Below are positions 1 to 15,659 of a stretch of 64,000 nt of DNA, piece by piece (positions within the stretch are counted from its first letter, which is position 1; every line of letters starts with the position of its first letter). Both the position numbers and the translations under genes were made by a program. The notes under the pieces are model-generated. The model was not told the DNA's origin and did no database searches. It worked only from the letters and a program-made list of their open reading frames with translations. Source of the DNA: Salpingoeca rosetta (lineage: Eukaryota > Protista > Choanoflagellata); NCBI GenBank assembly GCA_033442325.1, contig JAWQFM010000005.1:188564-252563 (forward strand). Direction: 5' to 3'.

Positions 1-51
<51 letters not shown>

Positions 52-123
52 TCACTCACACACACACTCACACACACACACACACTCACACACTCACTCA
101 CTCACACACACACTCACACACAC
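1..123. repeat. (CA)n/(CACT)n microsatellite, representative of dozens of intronic and intergenic (CA)/(GT)/(GTCT)/(GA) tracts in the window
   Basis: Directly visible. Confidence 0.97.
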
Positions 124-829
124 TGCCCCATGCACTCGCTGTCTTCAGGTGCCAGGTGCGGGAGGAAGACGGGCGGCGCCAACGCCATCTGGCACTGAAA
201 CGAAAAGTGGTTGTGGCGCTTGCATTTGCCGCCATGATTGACGCGTTGTCGAAAAAACAGACTATTTATCGCCGCGTGGTGAGTACTCACGCGTGACGTG
301 CTTGTTGTGTTTGTTTGTTTGTTTGTTTGTGTGTGTTGTGTGTGCGTGTGTGTGTGTTGTGTGTGTAGGGTTGCTGTTTGGCATGCTTGCCAGCCGAGTG
401 CCGTTGGCCACCTCCTCACACACACAACACCCGCAACACGCCCTCACACCCACAACACCCACAACACCTTGGCAGCTGCCGTCGCTGCGCTTCTCGCTGT
501 CTCGCGTGTTTGCGCGCCTGAGTGTATCTGAGCTGCGCTTGATCACGCGCACACGCTGCAGCCCTCACCACACCGACATTCACAACATCAAGTGGTGATG
601 CTGGCCATGGGCTGGGGGGGGGGGGGGTGACGATGCACTGTGTTGCGTGCATGGAACACCGCAATGGAGCCGAAATGGAGCATCGTGTGGAACATGCTGC
701 TAATGGAACAACACCTTCGTAATCACACGTGAAGATCAGAGTACAACAACACACGCTCTTGGTGGTAGCTCGCTCCCCCTTTCTTGCCCATCCTCATCAT
801 CCTCATCACACAGGGAGAGCAGCCAGTGC

Positions 830-866
<37 letters not shown>

Positions 867-2480
867 CAACACAACACACACACCACACACACACACATTC
901 ACATCACATCACCGCACACACACACAATACAATTATTTTTCACCCGCTCGGTGTCAATTCCATGCGGTATTAATTCAGTCGTCGGGGGGAGGGGGGATTG
1001 GGATTGGGACAATACGACGCCCTCATACGCCACCACGCGCGACCTATTTTTTGCCTGCAAGCTCCACGCTGTCCCGTACGGTCTTGGACCATCATGCCAA
1101 ATCATTGCTAAATTTCTGAATGTGGGCGCGAAATTGCCCCAGCTCAACCGCCTTGTTTAAACAGCGACCGCGGCTGCAAAGATGCCAAGCCACGAGCACG
1201 CGCGCGCGCGCTTCTTTCCTGCTTCTTGCTTTGCCGCTTTCGCTTTGTGCGTGGAGTGGTTTTTTCATCTTTTTTTTTTTTGGCTTGCCGCCATCGCCGG
1301 ATACAGAACAAGCCGTGAAGAGGGAAGGAGGAGGAGCAAACACGTCCACCACGCACACGCAACACAAGCACACCGCCAACCAAGAGCCACACCCGTAAGT
1401 TTTGGCTTTCTGTGTTTTTTCACATCTCTGCCAACACGACGCCAACCGTGCACGATCGCCTGCCACGTTGCGCTGTTTGTTTGTCGACCCATTTCCAACC
1501 AACTCTCCCCCCACAATCACACCACACTTTCGCCACGCAACCCGCCCCCCTCTTGGCCGCATTCTTCGTGGGTTCGTTGTGTCGTTCGCACCGTTGCCTT
1601 CCCTGTCCTTTCCCTCAAGCACCAACGAAGCGCGTGTGTTGGCTTGGGTTATTTTTTTTTGGTTGCCTCTCTTTGCCGGCGCCCGCCCTCCGTGTTTCGT
1701 GGCTTGCCTCCCTTGCTCTCGTTGTTTGTAGGCTGGCTTGTGGTTGGCTTTGTGTGGTTGTGCTGTAACCCACCATTCCACACAGCAACCACCCCGGCGT
1801 ACCTTCGCGTGGCTGTGCCATCACAACACAAACACGACGTCTTCCACGTACGCAAACAAACACGCAACGTGTCCGATCCACGTATTGCTTGCTTGCTTTT
1901 GCTTGCTTGCTTTGTCGTTGCACCCACCACACCCCGCGCGCACACTCCCTCCCACTTCAGCGTTCCCCACAACACGCACACAACGCACACACACGCACTC
2001 TCTCTTTGTGACTTGAGCCTACCAAACCCTCATCAAACACAACGTACGCACACGCGCACCATCACGAGGTCATCCAACGGTCGCTCCTCCAACACCTCAA
2101 ACCTTCCCCTTTCTTTTCTCCACCACCACCTTTCCTTCCACCTCAGCCACCACCAAGCTTCCCGTTCCCATCCCCCCCCCCCTTTTTCAACTTGTGCATG
2201 CGTGTCGTCGTCATCAACCCACTCACGCACAAACACGCACGCACGCACAAACACAACACCTTTGTTCCTGCCTCCGACAACAGACACACACAGACGAACA
2301 CACCCATCAGCATCAGAAGAGCAACGACAGCTTCCTTTGTGCGCTCTGCTCTGCATGAGCCCACAATAGTCGAACCCCCTGTGCCGCTGTTTATTTTGCT
2401 TGCAAGCACCATCTGCCACGACAGCGTTTCGTTGGTTGGCGTTGACTCTGTTCCCGACACCTTGTGATCCTCTGCTGCAC

Positions 2481-3282
2481 ATGTCCGGCAGTCCTGCCAC
2501 ACTCGCATCTCTGCCCATTCCTGTCCACCAAGCACCCGTAGCCATCTCAGACCAAACACCAGCCCTGCCGCCCCACCAGCAACCCCACAAGCAGCAGCAG
2601 CCGCCACAGCAGAAGCAGCAACAGCCTCTTCTGTCGCAGCCGCTGCAACCGCAACCAGCCATGACCCGCGGTACAAGCGTGGGCGGGGCGCACGACTATC
2701 CCCAGGACCACAGCCTGCCGTTTGCGGCGGACACCGCCTCCGCACCAACAACAGGCGCAACCACGCCGCCCACGGGCTCAGATGCATCCATGCCCATGCT
2801 CTATCAACAGCCGCATCACCAGCAGCTGCACGTTTCAGCACCCCCTTACACGTCCAACCAACAACCGCCACCCATGCCGCCGCAACAACCCATGCATCAC
2901 CAGCACCATCAACAGATGCACCAACACCAACAGCCGCAACAACAGCAGCACATTCCCCCCATCTCCCACAATCCACACCATCTCCACCACCAGCAGCAGC
3001 AGCCGCAGTACCGGCCGCACCACAACAGCCATCAACACCCGCACCATCAAGGCCACCGCCCACACCACGCCCACCCGCACCATGGCCACCATCATCCCCA
3101 CAAGTCCAATCGTGGCAGCGGTGCACCGCCCAATGGCCAGGTCGTCGGCCCCACGGAGAACAACCCCTTTATCAAGAAGGGCAACACCCGCTACAAGACA
3201 GAGCTCTGCAGGGCTTGGCTCGATGGCAAGGTCTGCAAGTACGGCGAAAAGTGTCAGGTCAGTCCCATGTGCGCGCGTGCGT

Positions 3283-3325
<43 letters not shown>

Positions 3326-4442
3326 CGTGTGTGTGTGTGTGTGCGTGCGTGTGTGTGAAGGGCCACAGGAGCAGTGAAGCCGAACGAAACGCTGTGCAAT
3401 GCTGTCATGTGCTGTTTGTTGCTGTTGCAACAACGCCGCTCCCCGCCCCCAAACTCACCCACGGACACAAACACGCGCATGTTGTGACAGTTTGCGCACG
3501 GTGAGGAAGAGCTGCGCCCCATCCAGCGCCATCCAAAGTACAAGACGGAGCTGTGCCGAACCTTCCACACCACCGGCGTCTGCCCATGTAAGGAGCCACA
3601 GCAGGCCCTGCTCGCTTTGTCGTGCATGCATGCATGAATGCATGCAACCAAGCAAGCGTTTGCTTCTGCTCCACCTGCGACTGCATGCACACCATAGACA
3701 TCTTGTTGCTTCGTGTGCTTTTTGACATGCACCGTTGTACGTTTACCCATGTACGTGCTGACAACCCCATTCCACACCTCACTCCTCCCACACCTCACTC
3801 CTCCCACACCTCACCCCCTCCTCACCCCTCCCCACATCTCACCCCCTCCTCATTCCCTCGCCTCTTCCCCCCCCCCCCAAAAAAAATTCCACCTCAGACG
3901 GCCCGCGCTGCCACTTTATTCACGAGATTGAGAAGGACGCTGCGCTGAGACGCATGTCAAACATTGCCCAGCAGCAACAACAGCCGTCGTCACAGCGGTC
4001 AGGTGGCCACAAGCAGCGCCACCCACAACATCGCCACTCCCACGACGGCCAGCCCGCCTTTGACAAGCGACACCCATCGCAGCAGCAGCAGCAGCAACCA
4101 AGCCACACGCAGCCACGTCAACGGCAGCACACGCACCAACGGCAGCACTCGCATCCGCTCCAGCAGCCCTACGACCTGCAGGGCATGGTGGACGACCAGC
4201 AGATGCACATCCCGCCGTACCAGGGCGGCCCATCTCTCTACGGCAGCGCCAGCCCATACGCGTCATCGTCGCCCTCGGGGCCCTTGGACTCCACCGAGCT
4301 GCACTCGGCGCTCTCGCAGCTGCGTCTCGACCACTCGCAGTCGTACAACAGCAGCTACAACCCAAGCGCCCGTGACTCGCCAACCGTCGACCCAGCCACC
4401 GCATCGTACTATCCAGACATGTGAGTGCATCCGTTTGTTTGT

Positions 4443-4511
<69 letters not shown>

Positions 4512-5933
4512 CACCGGAAGACTTTTCTTTGGCTTTGTTGCCATGCATGCATGCAAATCGCAAGTTCATTTGGTTGTACACCATCAGTCCCCGTTGTTTG
4601 GTCATCATCCCCTCACCACCATCATCATCATCATCATCATCATTCACACCACAACCATTGCAGGACGGCGACGGATGCGACGAGCGTGCCATCATACATG
4701 CCGGCGTCCCACCAGTCCCTGCCCACCACCCCACTGTGGACGCGCAACTACTGGTCCAACAGCGAGACGTCCATCTCCTCGGAGCCCATCCCCTCACGCT
4801 CGCGCCGCCTGTCCCCCGTGTCCGTGAACAGCGGCTCTGGCAGCAACACCAACATCGCCGCGCACGCCACCACCGTGCCTGCCCGCGCCCCGCATCACCT
4901 CTCCCAGGAGCAGCCGCACCCAGCTGCACACCAGCAACGCCAGCAGCAACACCAGCAGCAGGCGTTCGCCCACCCGTTCTCCAAGCAGGCTGAGACAATG
5001 CATCCATATGCACCTGTGGCGGCCACGACGACAACGACGTCAGCGAGCACCAACCCCACCCCATCCTCCACCTCCACGGCCACAAGCGCCATGGCGTTCC
5101 ACCCGTCCATCCGCCGCGTGGAGCAGCACCTCTCCATGGACCACCACCACCACCGCTCCCACTCGGCCAGGGGCAGCCTGCCGCTGCACTTCCTCAGCAG
5201 CCACCCGTCCTCCGGGCACGGCTCCACGCAGTCGTTGCCGCTCGAGGCCACGGCCCACCGCACACCGCCAGGCAGCCACCGCGCGAGCGCCATGCTCAGT
5301 ATGGATGCACCGGGTATGGAGCGCGGGCGACAACGTCACGACCCGTTTGACGCAACCACGGACAGCGAGATGTACGCCACAGCGAGCAGCGTGGCCTTCA
5401 GCGCCATTGATGACGACGATGATGATGATGCCGGCTCGTCCACAGGCAAGGCCCCAACCACCACCACCACCGCCGCTGCCACGTCCTCCGCCCCGGCGGT
5501 GGCGTCAAGTGTGCCTGCTGCCCTCAAGATGCCATGGGCGCGTGTGGTGGCGAGCGAACAGGCGTCTGCCCGCTCCTCCGCGCGCTCGTCGGATTCGTGG
5601 GCCGTGCCGCCGCTGGGCTTTGGCGCACACGAGTACTCCTCCTCGCACGCGTCGCCATACTCGCCGCCGTCCAACGCCGCGCCAACGGGCTCGGCCAACT
5701 CACCGTCGAGCGACCACCACAGCCACGCCAGCAAGGACTACTCGAGCGACATGTCGAGCGCCTACGACCACCACCTCGACCAGCACCAGCAGCAAGCAGG
5801 CCAGGGCCAGCGGGGCAGCGTCAACATTGCCACCAGCAGTGGCGCCACCAGCCCGCGCAAGGCGTCGGAGACGTCGGGCGCATCTGCCCCCCACTTCTCC
5901 CTCATGGACCCCATGCATCTGCTGCACCAGTGA
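2481..5933 (+). CDS. Tis11: Tis11/ZFP36 (tristetraprolin-family) tandem CCCH zinc-finger RNA-binding protein
   Basis: Spliced exons 2481-3257, 3491-3587, 3898-4420, 4664-5933 (all GT-AG, phases compatible) give [26 protein letters not shown][27 protein letters not shown]. This is two C-x8-C-x5-C-x3-H fingers with the family KTELC lead-in. The flanks are Q/H/S-rich low complexity. Confidence 0.93.
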
Positions 5934-7829
5934 AGCGCGTGCTTCTGCGGCATGTGCGTATTGTACTCGTCATGCCTGCATGCATGCAATTTTCGTTTTT
6001 CTTGTTTTGGGAGGGAGGCCAATGAACTTATTCCATGCCGCTGCTCCTTTATTTCTTCCTTGAGCTCCTGAAGACACGCTCTTCTTCTCCTTGTCGCGAG
6101 GGAAGGAGAAGGTGTTGTTTTCACCATTCTGTTTTGTCCCCTCGATTGTTGTGCGCGGTCGGCTGCTTCTAATTTCTGAAGAAGGTGTACATGATGTTTG
6201 CTGACCTCTGAGCCATCTGCGCAATACCACGCCGTTCCCACACGTGGTCCTCTTCCCATTCGTTGCTCCCCTCCACACCTCCCATCCCATCTCATGTGTC
6301 TAGCTGAAGCGTTGTTGTTCGTTCCCTCTTTTTCCGCCCACAACCTCAAAACAAACACCGTGCCTTCTTCTTATTTGTTGCGTGATGATGATGATGATAT
6401 GATGTGTGGATGCTTTCTTGGCTGGTTGATTGACTTATTGGTTTGGTTCTATCATCATGGCACACAATTCGTTCCCATCTTCTTATTTGTGGCCTTGTAG
6501 TATTTGTTGTACTCGCATATTTGTGCTTGTGGGTGGGCCTTGTGTTCGACGCACGCCCAGTGGTCTGTTCTGTTGCATGCATGCATGGCCAGTCACCCGT
6601 GCGCGCGCGCGTGTGTGCGTGTGTTGGTTGCACTATTTGTTTTGCCATCTGTGGCAGCAGAAGCAGCACGGCCATTTCAGCCTGCACAGAGGTGTCGGCT
6701 GTCAGTGCTTTGCTGTTTCGCTGTCGTTAATGATGCATGCATGCACTGTGTCGTGCCTCGTTTCGAGCGGCTATTTTTCCTCAAGCCCACACAAGCATCT
6801 CTATGTACTTTTGGGTGTGCTGTCTCCCTTGTTTGCTCTTTTTACTACGCTTATTGTTCCCTCTTTGAGCAGCACCATTCTTATTCTCCCCTTTCCCCGC
6901 TCCGTAGCTGTGTACATGTACGAATGTAAGCTTATGTTTTGTCCCTGCAAGTTTCCATTTTAGTCACAAGCAGCTTTCTTCCTCCCTTCGTGTTGTTTTG
7001 CTCTGTTCTTCGAGTCGCCTTACGCCATGCCACCCGTGTGTTTTGTTGTTTGTCATTGTTGACATTGTTGTTGTTGGATTGCCGTCTCCAACGCCTCAAA
7101 ATCAAAGAGCCATGCGTTCACGTGTTTCATCGCGTCTTCAGGCCACACGTTCTTGTTTGTTTTCTTTTCCACCGTTTTCACTTTCCTGGAACCTTTGAAC
7201 GTGATGCGTGTGACAGTGTTTGTGAGCCGTGGCCATGCTGGTGCTTACAGGAGCACACCCGTTTCGTTTGATGGCAGTGTTGGTCTTTGTTTGGTGTCTG
7301 TTATGTTAGTGGTGGCAAGGCTTTTTCTGTTTTGCACTGTGTTGTTGTTGTTGTTGTAGCTTGTTCGTTCCACAACGCTTTGTTGTGTCACGTGCCTGTC
7401 ATTTTGAATTCATCTTCCTAGCTTGCTTGCTTGCTTGAGTGCTGTTTTGTTGTGTCTCCTCATTACACAAATCGTACGTCAACGTTTGCTGATGATTGTG
7501 TGTGTGTGCGTGTGCGTGTGTGTGTGTTGAGAGCTTTGGGGGTGATTGTGTACTGTTGGTGAACGTGACAGATGGCAAAACGCAGCAAGTGGGGAAAGCG
7601 CGACCACCTGTGCACGGTGGCAAACACGTGTGCATGGCAGCAAGAACAAAAAGCAAAAAGCAAAGAATGGCCAATAACGAAAGCAAAATGAGATGATGAC
7701 AGCGCAAGCGGAACAAGGTAAGGCATTGGTGAACATCAAAACCAGGCCTTTGAATCATGCAACACACGCACGCACGTGCGCGCGCGTACGGATGTACGTC
7801 AGTCGCATGTGCGCACATGCATACCCAGG

Positions 7830-9242
7830 TCAACAGCCTGATGGTTTGGGAAAGTGTGGGGGAGGACCACGAGGACAGCGCTCGGCCATGTGCGGAACCA
7901 TGGGACGACTGTTGTAAAACGGAAGATCCATCCGGTACTTGCCCAAGATCTGGTGGGCGGGTATTGAAGAACAGGACGAGAAGCAGAGATGGCCGCATGT
8001 ATGTGTGAGCTTGCCAGTGCAACCTGGCAAGATACAACAGACCTGAACACGTAAAAAACACACACACACACACATACAAACACACACACACACACACACA
8101 CACTTACACATACTAATACACACAGCCAACCTGGCAGAATGGGAGGTCTGGGTCGGCTGCCTTGCACGCGGCCGGACGGGGTGTGGTCGAGTCAAAGATG
8201 TTCAGCGTGTACGCATCCCTACATGGTTATATGTGTGAACATGTGTGTGTGTGTGATTGTGTGAGCGCGCGTGTGTGTGTGAACATGTGTGTGTGATTGT
8301 GATTGTGATTGTGTGTGTGTGTGTGTATACAACAGAATGGCAAAACGAAGTGGAATGTTTGTCATGCCACATGCTTGGTGATCATATTCAACTTGCACCG
8401 CAACACACACACACACACATGCGCGCGCAAAGTGCGCCTGTAACGCACCAGTTTGTAAACTCTGTGCACTGGATCTTGTCGGTCAAAGCGCCCATAAGGC
8501 CTGCTGCCTTCCACGTCTCGCACACAAGCACGTCGCACACCATCGAGTACCCATCCACGTATTGCCACGAGTCCTGACGTGTGGTGGTATAGTGGGGTGG
8601 TGTGAGAAGAGGAGGGCGCAATAGACTTGCGAGTCGCATGATTGCGACACAAAGAGCGCACATACATTCCATGCACGCATATGCACGCACACACATACAT
8701 ACATACACACACACCTGCTCTGGCATGGCAAAGAGGGTGGTGAAGGAGATGTTGCGGCTGGCGGCGGTGTCGTAGACCTCGGCAACCGTCAGGTTGGCAG
8801 TGCCAAGACGCTGTCACGTGACATGATGAAGAGGATGGCGTGAGCAGGATGGAATATGCGTGTGTAATCGATGTTGATGGCATGGCATGCACCAAGCAAA
8901 AAAACAAAAACAAAAACAAAAAACCAATTACAAACATGCAATGCAACCCATTATGTTACAAATCATTTGACTGCTGTTCGTTTGGTCAGCACACCTTGTT
9001 GAGTGCCATCGTCCACATCATCGCGGCAATGTCCGCATCCACCTTCTCCACCAGCCCAATCAGAACCTAACAGCAGGTGGTGATTGCGACGACGACAACG
9101 ATGATGTTTGATATTGATGTTGATGTTGATGTTGATGTTGATGTTGATTGATGTTGATGGAGGGGAGGAGGATATTGTGAGCGTTGGCAATAGGACCAAC
9201 GCAACAAGAGCACACACACACACCCACACACCCACACACACC

Positions 9243-9273
<31 letters not shown>

Positions 9274-9404
9274 GTACGCATGTCTAACCTGCCGGTACGG
9301 GGTCTTCTGAATGCCGTCTGTTGGCCAATAGGAGGACACGGTTGTGCTCTCGCAGATGTACAACTCGCCATCAAAGCGAAGCGCTACGGTCGTGTGACCT
9401 GTAC

Positions 9405-9503
<99 letters not shown>

Positions 9504-10144
9504 ATGCAAGCGGCACCGAATACAATGTTCGGCAACTGAGAGAAAAACCGCAATCACCTCTTCCCCTCCCCCCCCCCCTTCGGCCCAACTCCCAACGTGC
9601 GTGCGTGTGTGCACCTGTGTGAGCGCCCATCGCCCAGGCGAGCATTGGATCAAGGCCATCGAGACGCAGGACGCCAAAGAAGTCGCCGTCCTGACCGAAG
9701 ATTGGTGGTGGTGGTGGTGGTGGTGTGAGGGACACAGGTGGGCCAAGGCTGCACCAGCACGCAGGACTGCGTGCACATGAACACGCACACACTAACACAC
9801 ACACACTAACACACACACACACACACACAAACAAACACACACACACACACACACACAATATACTGACGTGGATGTCGCTCTCGTCTGGGATCACATCTGT
9901 TGTGTTTCGCTCCGGCAGCTCATAGAACGCTTTTGCCCGCAGAAACTCTACGTTGCGTGCGCCAACCTTCTCCCACACCTATCAAGTTGGCATGTTGTGA
10001 CAGCGAAGAGATGAGAGAGGCGGGGTTGGAAGTGGTGAGTGGGTAACGTTAGCTGGACTCACGCAGTGTGGGCGGGCATATTCAAACGCAAGCAAATGCA
10101 AGCAAACCAGTACACATATACAAGCAAGCAATCAACCCCATGCC

Positions 10145-10207
<63 letters not shown>

Positions 10208-10956
10208 CAGCATACACTGACGGACCTCGCGTGTGAGTTCGGCGGGGAGGAAGAGACTCGCTGTTGCGCCGAGAGAGCGCAGTGTTGAGTCCAGCGTGCC
10301 GTTGAACCGGAACACACGGAACCCTGATCATGGTGGTGGTTGAGGTAGTGAGATGATGAGAATGACGTTTGTAGTGATAGGCAGAGTGTAATCGAATAAT
10401 AAAGAAGGCGTGAGGAACCAGCTACAACACACACACACATGCACACATGCACACATGCACACATGCACGCAACACACCAACCGTTTCGGTTGATCCACGA
10501 AAGTTCTTGGGAGTTGATGTTGCCTGGCCATTGGTGTACCTCGGCTTTGGCAGCGTGCACCTGAATAAAGAAGAGGCCTGTTCACATGCACATGCCGGGA
10601 AGCTTACTTCAGCGTGTGCGTGCACAAGTGCGTGTCTTTTCAGCCCAACACACCGCACCACACACCCATTCACATGTGCTCTTGTACATCACACCACGGC
10701 GCACCTTGGATGGTGGCCACCATGTAAAAGTCTTCCTCGCACGATGACGAGGAGATGGGCTCGGAGAAGTTGACGTGCAGCTTGGCACCATCGCTGCTGA
10801 GATCCGTGACGTGAAGGGTGTTATGGCCAAAGCACTGCGTGGACCACGTCAGGCTGTTTTGCGGGTTCGCCTCGCCTGCGACAACACAATACATGAGAAA
10901 GGCAGAAACACAAACACCTTCAGTGCACGCCCACGGGGCACGTTCACAGGGTGCCG

Positions 10957-10997
<41 letters not shown>

Positions 10998-11733
10998 GGC
11001 GCACCGATGTACTGCGGAATCCATTCAAACGCATGCGCTGCCGACTCAGTGTAGCCCTGCATATTGGTCTGTTGCGTGCGTGTGTATGTGTGTGTGTGTG
11101 TGTGCATGAGAGATATTGTGCGTGTGTGTGTATGTGTGTGTGCGGTGGAGAGGCGAGGTGTCACAGAACTGAACGACTGACAGGTGGTCATTGACATGTG
11201 GAATCTGTCAGCGGATGCAACGCGTCATACCTGGAAGGAGGCCAGCCAAGCGTCAAGCTTCGTGCGAACATTGCGTGGCGTTGTTGGCGTCTACAGTTGG
11301 TAAGATCGTGTGTGTGTGTGTGTGTGTGGTGTGTGTGTGTGTGTGTGTGAGTGAGTGAGTGAGTGAGGGAGTGAGAGAGCGAGCGAGTGAGTGTGAGAGA
11401 GAGTGTGTGTGTGTGTGTGAGAGTGTGTGTGTGTGAGTGTGTGTGTGTGTGTGTGAACTCTGTGTGTGAGCGAGTGAGTGCGTGTGAGCGATGCAAATCG
11501 ATCGCACTTGCATTAATCAAAACAAGCACACAAACATGCCTTTGCCTCACCGTTGTATCCCAGTGAAGGAATTCAGCCAGGTCCTCCACAAAGAAAGCCG
11601 AGTTGCCCAAGGTTGTCTTCTTTGGCATGGGCATCCCCAACACTGGCGTCGTCGTTCCCACAACCATCACCGCCACCAACACCACGGTGAACACACCCAC
11701 GCCCGCAGGCAGGACTCGTCGTGCCATCGCCAT
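7830..11733 (-). CDS. Secreted uncharacterised protein of a plant/protist family with a predicted permuted papain-like (NlpC/P60) fold
   Basis: N-terminal hydrophobic signal (MARRVLPAGVGVFTVVLVAVMVVG). Exons read DGDFFGVLRLDGLDPMLAWAMGAHT|GHTTVALRFDGELYICES, MMWTMALNK|RLGT, MPEQ|DSWQYVDGYSMVCDVLVCETWKAAGL, IQCTEFT, DAYTLNIF, LPFCQ|ILGKYRMDLPFYN..PHMAERCPRGPP..KPSGC*. These resemble plant proteins I recall with GHT, ALNKRLGT, PEQD.W.Y.DG, GKYRM.LP and HM.ERCP motifs. About 12 exons; some boundaries approximate. Confidence 0.75.
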
Positions 11734-11916
11734 CCTTGTTGCGTTTGCTTTGCGCTCCAAACAACAAACAACAATCAGAAAATATTTGGATGTCTTTTGC
11801 TAATCCTCCAAACTCGCGTCTGTCCGGTTGTTGGTTAATGTGATTGTTTGACTTGTTGGTGTTGGTGTTTTCACTTCTTGCTTGTGCATGCACTTGAACG
11901 GACACTGGGAGCGAGG

Positions 11917-14663
<2,747 letters not shown>

Positions 14664-15346
14664 CCGTTGTGTGTGTGTGTGTGTGTACAACGGCCCATCG
14701 TCTCGTCTGTTGAACGGTCCCTCTCCCCCAGTTTGCACACTTCACCACGCTTCGCATTCATCACAACACGAGCCGTGTGTAGTATTGAGAGAACTTGATG
14801 CAAGCATCAACGTGTCAATAGAACGAAATGACACAACAGTAACACGCAATCCCATCAAGAACATGGCAGACAAGAGCACAACAAAGGTCAACAACGGTCA
14901 TCAAAGGTTGACAGTGGAAGGCCTGTTCCCTGGGCAAGTTATGAGGATGTGATGTAAGCAGTCTGCAAAATGGTGCTACTTGGAAAAGGTGTCTGCTTTG
15001 TTTTGTTTGCTTGCAGGCAAGACTAACGTAGGTAAAAACGGAGAGTCGGGCGATTCGGTGTGTCTGGGAGCAATGTAACGTTGTAACTACGCTCAGCCTC
15101 GAGTCAACGAGCAAGAGAACGCACCAACACAACGGCAACTTGAGTGCTCTCGTGTGAGTGGAACAGGACGCAAATCATGTAGTCGACTAAATGTGACGCA
15201 TCATTGTGGTGTGCACAAGCTAAGAACTGAAGAGAAACGGCTGTCTGGTAAACAATCACAAACACAAACACAACTCTGAGATCTTCACGCTGGCATGCTT
15301 GTTCGGCTGTGGGACGAGGATGGATGCTGGTCGCGGTGGCGGTGGC

Positions 15347-15626
15347 TCATGGCGCCTGGCTGGGCTTGGCCTTGGCATGCGTTGTTGTGGGGCGTGGTGC
15401 AGCGCCCGGCAAATAGAGCACACGGCACACGTCATCGTCCCCCGCCTTTTTGTCGGAGAGGTGCAGGGCCGTGGCAGCGAGCGATGTGTAGCGCAAGCGG
15501 TGATCGCCGGGGGCCGTGTATGCCGCAGTTGGCATGCTGTCGAGTACCACCACCACGTCATCATCGTCATCATCATCATCATCGTCACCATCGTCACCAT
15601 CATCATCATCATCACCATCATCATCA

Positions 15627-15659
<33 letters not shown>

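Noticed and set aside
114-2400. Multiple ORFs upstream of Tis11, including a 395-aa ORF at 1182-2369
   Set aside because: No recognisable motifs, microsatellite-derived HT/CV translations and no consistent exon chain. More likely promoter/5' UTR, although a small minus-strand gene cannot be excluded.
9184-9788. Cys-Val and His-Thr repeat 'proteins' here and throughout the ORF track
   Set aside because: They are translations of (GT)n/(CA)n intronic microsatellites, not metallothionein-like or His-rich proteins.
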